From Podarcis bocagei (taxonomy: Eukaryota): DNA of 64,000 nt. The first letter of the stretch is position 1. Every line of letters starts with the position of its first letter. The DNA is taken from NCBI GenBank assembly GCA_964188305.1, contig OZ076889.1. One strand, 5' to 3'. The position numbers and the translations under genes were made by a program. Below, one piece after another: positions 37,421 through 48,320 of this stretch. The notes under the pieces were generated by a model. That model was not told the origin of the DNA. It saw only the letters and a program-made list of their open reading frames with translations, and did not search any database.

Positions 37421-40400
37421 CAGGGCTTTCAACCTCCAGCATCCAATCTAATTTTATACTACATCTCTGCTTGCCAGCCTCTGGAAACTATTACTCACTC
37501 ATTAAAACCTTCATTTCCTTCTGCAAGCTCCATCTGATATTCTGCTAGTTCCTCTACACCACTGCTCTGGCTTGAATGCCTCTGAAACCATGTCATAGGA
37601 TGCTGAGCCTTTCATCCCTAGGATGCAAGGCCAGATGCCATCTGCTAGGTACTGACATGTACAAGCTCCCAAACTGTGCACTGGGGTGAGGAGCAGGGCG
37701 AGGGGAGAATGCAAGTATCTGGTTCTTGAATATGATATGCAATCTAGGAAATGGACACAAATGCATCTGGCCTTGCTACTGTTTTCAATTGCAAAATTTG
37801 TTTTTTTATCCACCAGGTTGTAGGGATTTTTGTTGGACTCTGCAGGCAGAACAGAACAATGGACAGAGTACATGGGACAGTGCAGAAATAAATAAGAGGA
37901 GAATGGGTGTTAAGAGAAATGCATTGGGACTGTTGTTTCATGAGCTCCATATCATGCCTCCTGGACATTTTAATGCCCTTATGCCAATCATGAGGTTTAT
38001 AAATGTATCTTTTTTACTTAAAAATTAGTCAACCAAGATTCAGAGGAACCCCCCCCCCCGCCACTAGATTGGGAGCTGGCAAGCCACTCTGCAATTTGCA
38101 AATATATTATGGACTTCAATCTTCTCCTTGTCTAATGACCCTAATTACAGTAGTATTTGAATGTTGATATTAACTGAATTTTTCCGTTGTTCTCTGTCAT
38201 TTGAAACCATGTTCCTGTTATTCTTATCAGTTCAACACATCTCAAACCAGTTACAAGAAGAAAAAGTGGAAGGAGGGGGAGGAGAAAAAGAGAGATACAA
38301 CTAAATGGCAATAATAACAAGCAAAAGAAAAAGTAGAAAGGAAAAATAATGATAAAGAGCCCCCCCCCCGATGCCTATATTGCCCTTCTGGGCAGTAATG
38401 CTAAACTAAGTGAAAATTAGCTTGACTGTTCCAATAATCCTTCCTTCTTCCTCTCCTGCTCTATGCTCCAGAATTAAACTTTCTAACCTGCCTCCAAGTT
38501 GTACCACAAAAGGCTGGGATGTTTTGGCAACTTGGGCCCTGGTTGTCTTAATGCTCCTCTCTTTCAACAGTAGTTACATGCCCTTCCTCCCAAAAGAGGT
38601 GACCCTGGCAAGTTGTAAACCATTTGCCTTGACTGACTGAGATTTCACTAAGTTGGGTTGGAGAGCCATTGGTGGCACTAGCTTTCCTGATCTTTGTGGC
38701 TCTCTTAAATCCCTGCAACATCTGCACTAAACCAGTGGTGCAATGGAGAGGCAAGACAGTGAATGCAGCTGCTGCATAGCACCTTTGAAAGTGGACAGCA
38801 AGCATCTCTTTCAGAATTTGCACCATACACATCAACTGCTGGGGATGGATTACACAGGTGCAACACACACACCTGTTTACTGGATGGTGGCATTTGATTT
38901 TGTGCATCTAGCATCACGCCACTTGGATATGAAAATGTACCGCAATTACACACATATCATTATCAGCCACTAGTGTAAACATCTATTCTAGCTTCTTTTA
39001 CAAGGAGGGTCCTAGGGAATCACAGCAACAGCCAACTGAGGACAGAGGAGACCTCAGTAATTACTATAATTCACATTCCAGAGAGACAGTAAGGCTGCCT
39101 CTCTCACACAAGGGCCCAGCAATGCACCCAAGGCAGCCTCTCTCACACAAGGGCCCAACTATGTAACATTAACTCGTCCTACATTGATGGTATCAAGGGT
39201 TTAGGGTCAAATTAGAGGAACCAAAATTAGCAAGATGTCTCAGAAGCCAACCTCTTGCTGGTGGGAGAAGAAGAATTAAAATCATTATAGACACTACAGC
39301 ACACATAGATTTTGTGCCAGATTACAGCTCAAAATCCCTCTGCTAGTTAGTTATGTTTGGGTAAGGCAGTTTCTGAGGGCTTCGGGGAGGAGTATGAAAA
39401 GTGATAGTGGAGTTAGAGAAGACCTTTCCACCCAACTGACTTTCAAATTGAAGGAGACAGTCAGCTCCATTTCCCCATCCCATACAACACTACATTGACT
39501 GCCTCACCTCCTTTGAGTTGCCAATTGTAATGAGGCAGCAAAGAAGCAGGATGTGCCTTATTCAAAATGGCAGCCATGTTAGATAGCACAACAAGGCTCC
39601 CACTTGGCTAGGTAAGGTGAACAGCTGAAAAATGATTGCTTCTACTATAATGGTGCTTGTGAAGTGTCATGTGTGGTTGGGGCAGGAGAGGCACATCTAT
39701 CCATTATTCTAGAGCAGTGGCAGGGGAACTTGTGGTACAATGGCCAGAGATGTTAGGAATCTGGAGAGTCATAGGGTTCCCTACCTGCCTGTCCTAGAGA
39801 GATTAGAGGTTCTACAGGCAACTTGGCACATACCTCTGTTATGCATATGGATTATTACTTTTTCCCTTACAGGAGAAAACAACTCATACACAGTTATCTC
39901 CATGATAACCAAAGGGGGAAATTATTCTGCAAAAAAATGTATCCCATTTCATGGCAGATTCTAGCAATCTATATTAATGGCAACACAAAAAACAACAACC
40001 ATACTTTTGCAAGGCAAACATCGTCTCCAGTACCTGAAGTATGTCAAGAGTGAAGTGAATTATAATCATGTTGCATCAAGATGGTGTCCATAATCTAACA
40101 AGGAACCTGTGCACATAGCATGAAAGCGCTAACTTTAAGACAGTCTGGACACACATGCTCTTGTTCTGGGTCTTAGATAAATAGTTTCATGTGGATGGAA
40201 GTGTTTGTGTGTGGGCCTCAGCTTGGAATAAATATTGTGTCAGTGCAATGCACCCAGGTTGAACAAGAGTGAGGACTGGATGTAGAGAAAATAACAACAA
40301 CAGAAACCCTGACTTTCATAATTTGCAGCTGCAAATTCATTCACCAGACGTCTTAAATCGACTTTCCATTGGAAAACTTGCATTGTCCCTGGGAATGTTC

Positions 40401-41789
40401 ACACATAACTCGGCTTCACTGAGTACACTTAATTTCCTTATTTAACGAGGTCAAAATTCATTGAATTCATTCAAGTTGACTTTAATTAGCCGAGTTGCCT
40501 TGCATATCAAAGTGGAAATCAGCTGCACAAATTCAGCACAACTGAACTGAGACATTCAGCTTCAGCAAAGAAAAAACTAACACAAGGCCTGTTCTAATGT
40601 AATATTTTGCAGCTGAAGCGATTTCTGTGGCTTTATAACTTTGAAGGCATTTATAACTGGTCATCTAAGCAACTTGTTCATAGACAATCCCAAGACTGCC
40701 AACTGTCAGGAATACTTTCACGGTTCACAGGACTATCTCCAAAAGCAGGCTGCAAGGATGGCTCATTTGCACAAAACACTTTCATAAGCATATAGCCACA
40801 GGAATGAGTCCAGGATCTATCCCGTTGCTTCCAAACACTATATTGAGAGTGAACCATAATGGCTGGAACAAGGTCTTTTGTTTCCACTTGAGGTCGGCAT
40901 TGACAGCAGCCAGCCAATCACCCAGATGCTCAGATTTTGTTTAAAATAGTATTTCAAAGCATGATAAGAGCAAATTGTTTTTCTGTGGCTACCGTGGAGA
41001 TGTTTTGAAAAAAGGAAACAAACTGATACACAATGACAAGAAGCTTATATTTAATATTCACAATATTTAATTTGGGAGCAATGGAATAAAGCTCTAACCT
41101 CTTATGTCCTAGTTCAGCAACTCTTGTGCGCATAAAGGGGTAGTCCTTTGCCCTCAAGGTACCACACGTGTACTACACATGGACAAGCTTCAGGTCATTG
41201 GCTGCATGCAGCTTTCACAGGCCCTCAACTGTGGCATGCCCTCTTGCCACCGAACTGTCCCCTGTGCCCATGTGTCTTCCTCCCTATGTAAGCTATGAAT
41301 CCCTTGGCCCCACAGCTGTTTAGGCAAGCTGGGGTGGGGAGTGCGATTGTGGTGGTGAGGAAGGCAGGCAGGGACAGCTCTCCCCAAGTGCCCATGATCT
41401 TTGTGTACAGGTGTCAGTCTGCCTGTGTATGGTCCCACACACCACCAGCTCCTACCATCGCCCACTGCTGCATGTATTCCTATATCATGCAACCCATCAT
41501 AATTTTTGCACCAGTTTAACTGTCATGGCTCCCCCTACTGAATCTTGGGAGGAATCCACAGGTTGACGTGTGTGGGGGGGGGGTAAATTTGTTGTGTTGT
41601 TTGTTTTTTTTTAAATACCAGCTGCATGCACCTGGACTAGAAGGTTCTGAGATACAGATATAGCCTGAAAATTGTTTTTGCGGCTTGGCCTGCAGATGAT
41701 AAGACACATTGCCCATGTTTCATTCTCCAGCTGAATGTGAGAACATTCGCAGCTGCTTCTAGTGTGCCTCGCTACAGACAATAAGGTAC

Positions 41790-41880
41790 CTCGGGACTTG
41801 GCTTCTTAGTTCTGCTGAGGATGGATGAGCTCATGTTTCTTTATATAGATATCCCGTCAGATCCCTCTCCATAGCAACAC
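41790..41880 (-). promoter_or_regulatory. Candidate RFX X-box plus TATA promoter with short first exon
   Basis: Minus strand: GTTGCTATGG (41878-41869), TATATAAA (41847-41840), donor GAG|GTACCT at 41790/41789. Confidence 0.35.
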
Positions 41881-42249
41881 GTCCTGGCGTGACAGCCTCT
41901 GGGCTTGTGCTGTCAGAGAGCCTGGCTGCTTGAGTCTGACACCGCATCCTCCCCATCATTGCAAACAGCACCCGCTCAAAGGCAACAGACCGGAGAGGAA
42001 CCAGCGCAGGTAACAGGAGGGTGGATCAGCATGCTGCTACAAAGCATCACGCTGCCTCCTTCACAAACACAGTAAGCCAAGAACAGAGCTGTCTTCTACA
42101 CTGCCTGGTGCCACAATGCCATCTTGTGGCCAAATGATTCAAAAACAAAATTTACTATGCAGCAAGAAGGTATGTACAGATTTTTAAAACCCCAAATCCT
42201 TCGGGAGGAAGGGCAAGAGAAAAATCCAGCAAACAAGCAAACAGTGTAT

Positions 42250-42500
42250 GTGTGTCAGCAATTTCACATTTGAGTTCTTTGAGAACTCTCAGGCGGATAC
42301 ATCTGGACCCAGAGATTCGTCAGTTTTTGTTTTCTCTATTAGGCCTAGAACTTCACCTCTTGCCACCACTGTTTTCCTCTGTTCCCCAGACTCCCTTTCC
42401 TGGAAAGTTAGTTCAGATCCCTATCTGCCCTATCTTCTGCTGTGAAGACAGATGCAAAAAAAATTCATTCAGCTTCTCTGCAATTTCCCCTTTAGCACAC
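42250..42500 (-). mobile_element. Internal CR1 ORF2 fragment (upstream of the RT core)
   Basis: Reverse complement encodes a decayed S.GPD...RVLKELKCEIAD, the CR1 GPDGIHPRVLKEL motif. Confidence 0.7.
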
Positions 42501-43469
42501 CTTTAATTATAATAAAGAGGGCATCCTCTTGGTCCTGGCAGTACCTCTCCTGATCTGAACCATACACTCCAGTTGAGCTTCTGATATTGCATTTTTGAAC
42601 CACTCCAAGCTCAGGAGTCAGGATTCAAGGGTTCAGTTACAGGACAAGAAGTTCAGAACTGGATGGAAGTGACAAAGATGTCCCAATAAGCTTCCCCACC
42701 TCTGCCACCAATTTTTAAAAGACAAGGCATGGTGCACTCCCCATGGGACTCTCTCGCCTTGTGGGAATATTGAGCTTGCAAGTGCACACTGCATCAGGGT
42801 AGGTGTGTCTGCTCCCATCTGTGAAGGCTTTACACTCCTATCTCTAGTCCAGTAGTCCTCCCCCTGTTCAGCCTCCATCATGGGCTGATCAGAACCCGCC
42901 CCAGAGTCCACTGAGGGAGGGTCGGTGGAGAGGGCCCACTTCACTTTCCAAAGTGGATGAAATTGGGGCGGGAAAGGGAGGTTCCCCCTTCCTCCAACCC
43001 AGGTTCCAACAGTACAACCCTCCCCTCTGTTTCTTCTTCTGACAGACAGTGCAGGACATTGGAAAGCCCACAACACCTGCTAGCTTTTTTTTGGGGGGGG
43101 GGATTTCTTAAGTTACTTTATTAGAAGCTTAGGTCATGGAGAGGAGTAGTGTGCCCAGAGTAGTGTGCCCTGGCCTCCTTGCCCTGCTGCTAAACTCACC
43201 CAGCTACTTAACTTGCTTTGATGCTTTGTCAGCTGAAAAAGAGGTGGTTCATCAGCTGGGGCTCCCCTTAGCTCCTGCAGTGGGCTCCCCTTGCTACAAG
43301 AGTGACCCAAGAGGTTCTGCGGAATAGACAGAATCACCCTGATGATTGCACTGGCACCAAGAATAGAATTTAGTCCTTTAACCCAATGCAGAGGACTTCA
43401 TAAGCACTACACGATTCAGATCTACATCCATTAACTCCTCGTGGTCCATGTTCATAAGTGGTCCCTATA

Positions 43470-43695
43470 CAGTGGTACCTCAGGTTAAGTACTTAATTCG
43501 TTCCGGAGGTCCGTTCTTAACCTGAAACTGTTCTTAACCTGAAGCACCACTATAGCTAATGGGGCCTCCTGCTGCTGTTGCGCTGCCGGAGCACAATTTC
43601 TGTTCTTATCCTGAAGCAAAGTTCTTAACCCAAGGTACTATTTCTGGGTTAGCGGAGTCTGTAACCTGAAGCATATGTAACCCGAGGTACCACTG
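43470..43695 (+). mobile_element. Tc1/mariner-type MITE, copy 4 (~120 bp from an exon donor)
   Basis: TA|CAGTGGTACCTC...GAGGTACCACTG|TA. Confidence 0.92.
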
Positions 43696-43813
43696 TACTC
43701 AGAAGGCTTGTGTTCTTCGCAACAGGGAGAGAACTCCACTTTGGGGGGGAGGGTTTGGAACCTTACTGCTTGAATGCTGCTTTCTGCATAGAACCCCCAA
43801 AGCCATGTCTTAC

Positions 43814-43891
43814 CTGTCAGCAGATGCTGCTTGAGTTGAGCGTCGCAAAAGGAACTGGGAGGTGATCGGTAAAGGGCTTCATTATCTAAGC
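43814..43891 (-). CDS. PIK3R3: p85-type subunit coding exon 3 (BH domain, LYR arginine-finger-equivalent motif)
   Basis: Acceptor tgttgcatttacag|GC, donor ACAG|gtaaga; 78 nt, phase 1-1. Encodes (G)LDNEALYRSPPSSFCDAQLKQHLLT, compare p85alpha [23 protein letters not shown]. Confidence 0.88.
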
Positions 43892-44395
43892 CTGTAAATG
43901 CAACAGAAATGGGGGGGGGGAGAGAGAGAAACACAGTAAGATTTTCTTACCATTCAAAAATGGTCAACTAATCAAGGGGGCCTTGAAGAAGTTCCAGGCA
44001 GTGAAATTACATCACCAGGAGAAAGGGTCCAATTATATTTACACACACACCCTTTATAAACTGAATCATTTCTTCCTTGAACAACTGCATTTCAGTCACA
44101 ATATTCTGACCCCGTCCACTTTTGCCTCTAGCACTGCTCACTATCAGAATGCGGCCCCTGGAAGTTTGGCCCGGGTTGGACCTGACCCTTGGGATGAAAG
44201 TAGGGAACCAACTGGGCACTGTCCGAAGGGGCAGAAATGATGAGCCGTCTGCCTCCTCTTTACAAAGGCCACTGCTTCTCTGGAATTTGCATATATACTA
44301 ATAGCAAACATTATATACTGATCAGCAGTTTAGGATGTGGAATGTCAAACAACAGCAACAATGAATTCTAGCAGCAACAGAGTTTTTTCTTATAC

Positions 44396-44491
44396 CTTCT
44401 TTTTCCAAAGCTTCAACAAGTCTCTTTACAACCAGCAGTGCTTGTTCAGGGAGATTTAACCAGTCAACAAACTCCATCTGCCCAGGAGGTC
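44396..44491 (-). CDS. PIK3R3: p85-type subunit coding exon 2 (start of BH/RhoGAP domain)
   Basis: Acceptor ctctcttcctaacag|GA, donor GAAG|gtataa; 96 nt, phase 1-1. Encodes (G)PPGQMEFVDWLNLPEQALLVVKRLVEALEKE(G), aligning with p85alpha ...PPLLIKLVEAIEKKG. Confidence 0.88.
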
Positions 44492-45781
44492 CTGTTAGGA
44501 AGAGAGAGGCAAACAAGACTGTTGAACTCATACACTCCTCATTCCAGCACAATGTCAAGCAGCAAAATTGTCAAAGTCTCCTACAGGCTCAAATTTGCAG
44601 GATATGTTTGGTGCTAGATGGCCATTAAAAAGAATAAAATTGATTTGGTTGCTACTTCCAGCTACTAAACTGAATGCATGAAGGAAAGGTAGAGAACCTG
44701 TGACCCTCCTCCATGGTCTACAACTCCCAACATCCCTCACTAGTCACAATTCACTTGTATGCCATTGAGTTTAGAAGAACAGAAAATTATCATGTAGTTT
44801 GAGCATTAAGTCACTTGAGTGTCTCACTTTTCCCCACCTTTGCTGGATCACTCTTTTTTTAAAAAGACAATAACAACTATTTTTTATTATTATTTATAAA
44901 ATGCCTAAAGTTTTTAAGTGCTGTACAAAAATTTAAAAGCAACAATGTCCCCATCCACAAGCTGATAATCTAATAGACATGATGTCAAGGAGGAAGCAGG
45001 AAAAAAGCAACTTCAGATAGTAATTCTTTACATTAAATAACATTGCACCACCCAGACTCTTAGTAATTTCCTAAGACGCTCATTACTTCACAGTTGGTTC
45101 AGGAGGCACGTGCGCTCTTAAACTATATTCTATCATCAAAACGTCTGTGTTCTCTGTATTTTGAAGCTATTGTTTATCATGGATTTTGTCATACAGTACT
45201 CTTATCTTAAAAGGAACAATCTATGTACACTATATATTGTGGTTTTTTTCTTTGCTGTGGTTGTCAGGAAAATTCTACACTGCGTCTGAAGTTATTTTTT
45301 GTCTGTAGTTTTTTTTTTTAATGAACTTTTTTGGGGGGAGAATGCATGTGGATACAGATGGTCTCCCAATTCTAATATGTATTTAAGCAAGCTACAGAAA
45401 ATCTGCTTCATAGCTCCAGATCTCCAAAACATGGACCTGACTTTACTGTGCAGGTTTCCCAAACTCTGACTATTGCACATTTACGAGCATGAATCCTGGC
45501 CAGCAGATGGCTCTAAAACCACAAAAATCAGAGTCCTGTTCCAGTCCCGAAGAAGCGGTAAAATGGACAGCATTGGAATCTCATCTGGTTTTTGAAGCTG
45601 GAATTACTGACATCAGAGCTTGGACAAGGGCTCCTTACATTATAAAACCCGAAGTGAGCTCATCTCTGCAGCAGCTTTGCACAACAGAGTCTGTCAGGTA
45701 CACAAAAATACCCAAGTGTCTTATGATACCTTGAAGAGCAAATCATCATACTGTAATAAATTTTAAATGTGTAAATATTAA

Positions 45782-45845
45782 ATCTTTAAGGTGTCACCAG
45801 ACTAGACTTTGCTGCAACAAACTAACAAGGCTACACCTCTAGAAA
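45782..45845 (+). mobile_element. Penelope-like element terminal fragment
   Basis: tctttaaggtgtcaccagact...tgctgcaacaaactaacaaggctacacctct. An inverted relative lies at ~58315-58400 (gtagctgtgttggtctg...gcaccttagagaccaac). Confidence 0.45.
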
Positions 45846-46765
45846 TTGTTACAAAAATATTAACTATAATCAGAAGTAAACCCTGTTTATATTTGTAACT
45901 CTCTTCAGTGCATCACCATCTTGAGCTAGACTCTGTGGGTGTCAACAGGGAAGAGCGGACATTAGGAGTGAAGTGGGAATGGTCAGCAAAAACTAGAGTT
46001 GCCTCATTTTCTGCATCAGGAAATGAAGGAGTTGCAATTTGCAATCTTAGTGTTCATAGAGCAGCACTGAGTCACTCCAAATCCATTCCCGTGTATTTGA
46101 TTGCTGTGGTGAATGATGCAAGAGATTGTAAAAGAAGCTCTTTCAGTGTCTACTCTAAACTAAGTCTAATTAGGTTCAGGTAAGTGTGCAAAGGATGTGG
46201 CCTACTGCACAATTCTCTACAACCCTGCAAAACGGGATGCTGCAATTCTTCCAACTTTGAAACGGGCAAAGAATCAGAAAAGCAATATGAGAGATTAAAC
46301 AAACATTTGCACTTCGAATATACTTGAGCTGTCTCCTACTGGCAAGTGCAAAAGTGAAAGCTACCTCTGAAAACCAGAAAACAATTCCAGCAGAAATAAA
46401 TGATTACAGAGTCAACCATTGCAAAGTAGCTGCTTTCAAGGAAATGGCAAGGAGACGCTGCAGTTGTATACACACATATGTATTCATAAATGCATACATA
46501 CATCCTTTTATTTGTATGCTGACTTTGATAGATAAAACCATGCTCAGGGCAGCTTACAACATGAAAAAACAGGTAACTAAAATAGCCATCAACAATAAAT
46601 AAAAGTGTGTGTGTGTGTGTGTGTTGCTTTGATATTTTAATTGCATAAAACACCCTGTAACTAGTCCCAGAGAAATATGGTGTATATATAAATATTTCAA
46701 GTAATAAAAATAAATGAATAAGGGTTTATTTCCCACAAAACTGGCACGTAGTAGGAAACTACTGT

Positions 46766-47018
46766 AGAGTACAGCTTCCGGGTCATGTGGCCAGCATGAC
46801 TAAGCCGCTTCTGGCGAACCAGAGCAGCGCACGGAAACGCCATTTACCTTCCCACTGGAGCGGTACTTATTTATCTACTTGCACTTCATGCTTTTGAACT
46901 GCTAGGTTGGCAGGAGCTGGGACTGAGCAACAGGAGCTCACCCTGTCACGGGGATTCGAACCGCCGACCTTCTGATCGGCAAGCCCTAGGCTCTGTGATT
47001 TAACCCACAGCGCCATCC
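46766..47018 (-). mobile_element. Sauria SINE (Squam1-type) with tRNA-derived head
   Basis: Minus strand: tggcgctgtgggttaaa (A box), ggttcgaatccc (B box), and the same body as 16322-16588; lacks the 3' tail. Confidence 0.88.
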
Positions 47019-47020
47019 AC

Positions 47021-48320
47021 CAAAGGACCATCTAATCCAGCACCCTGTTCTCACAGTAGCCAACCAGATGCCTGTGGGAAGCCTGAAAGCAGGACATGAG
47101 TGAAACAGCACTTTTCCTTCTTGTGATTCCCAGCAACTAGCGTTCAGAGGCATATGACTTCTGACACTAGGACAGTGTTTCCCAAACGTTTTTGGGCAAC
47201 GGCACACCTGTTTACCGGGAAAAAATCTCGCGGCACACCACCATTAAAGCCCCGCCCCGTGACGTCAGCGCGCAGCGTCACGCCGGGAGGGACGCACAAA
47301 AGTGAAAGTTTTTTCCCTCCCCCTTGCCGGGGTGGGAGGAGGCAGCAGAGCGAGGGACTGAGGGACGGCGGCAGCTGAGGCGGCGGCGGCTGTTGTGGTG
47401 GTGGCGGCGATAGCGGGCGGAGGAGGGGGCGGCGGCGGGGCTTGAGGAGCAGTCGCCGGGAGTTGCTGCTGCTGCTGTTGCTGCTGCTGCCCGGACATGC
47501 CGGCCTCCTCCTCCTCCGCTGTCTCGCGCTCCTCCCTTTTGCGCGCGCTGCCCCGCCGCTCGGCACCACCACCGCGGAGCCGCCCCCGGCTCGACGCGGA
47601 TCCTCGCCGCCGCCGCCTCTCGCCGCCCGACTCGCCCGCCTCCCTCCCACGGCACACCAGCCGATGTCTCACGGCACACTAGTGTGCCGCGGAACACCGG
47701 TTGGGAAACACTGCACTAGGAGAATGCTACTGCGTCTGGTAGACATTCACAGCCTTATCCTCCATGCATTTGTCCATCCCACCCTTTCAGGTCATCCAAG
47801 TTGTTGGCCATCACTCTGCCTTGGGGTAACAAATTCCACAGCCAAGTGATGGAATGTGTGAAGAGGACTTGAACCTTCCAACTTTCAGCTTCCCTTAATG
47901 ACACCAGGTTTTAATATTTAAAAAGAAAAAGAAAAACCTCTCTGCCACCGCTTCTGCAGCATAATACATAATTTTATACACCTATATAATGTCCCCTCTT
48001 CTCTAAACTAAAAACACCCAAATATTTGTTCCCCTTTCCTGAACCTTTTCCAGCACCACAATATCTCTTTTGAGGAGAGGCTCCCAGAAATGTACACAGC
48101 GTTCTAGGTGTACGCCATGGATTTATAACATGACATTAGGATATTGGCAGTTTTATTTTCCACCCCTTTTCTAATTATCCCTAACATGGAATTTGTTTTT
48201 TCCACAGCTGCCACACACTGGGTTAACATTTCCATCAAATTATCCACCATGACCCCAAGCTCTTTTTTTCCTGCTCATTCACTGCCAGTTCAGGCTACAC
48301 TAGTGTTTATGTGAATTGCA
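47021..48320 (-). mobile_element. Old CR1 3' fragment interrupted by a hAT element
   Basis: CR1 3'UTR (aaggaccatctaatccagcaccctgttctcacag...), resuming after 47721 with decayed ORF2 motifs; inverted homologue of 12290-12930. Confidence 0.75.
47173..47713. mobile_element. Non-autonomous hAT (Charlie-like) transposon with GC-rich cargo
   Basis: Perfect 13-bp TIRs CAGTGTTTCCCAA/TTGGGAAACACTG, perfect 8-bp TSD CACTAGGA (47165-47172, 47714-47721), subterminal CGGCACAC repeats at both ends. Confidence 0.92.

Noticed and set aside
381-43813. Nested TSPAN1, LURAP1, POMGNT1 or P3R3URF expected from mammalian PIK3R3 synteny
   Set aside because: No exon resembling these proteins was seen in the ORF track or by reading. 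Short exons could have been missed without a search.
46940-47018. tRNA-like A/B boxes (also 53458-53520 and 55760-55825)
   Set aside because: These are SINE heads continuous with SINE bodies, with no complete cloverleaf.
47144-47849. Multiple overlapping long ORFs as a resident gene and the GC patch as a native promoter
   Set aside because: Stop-poor GC-rich sequence bounded by hAT TIRs and TSD; treated as transposon cargo.
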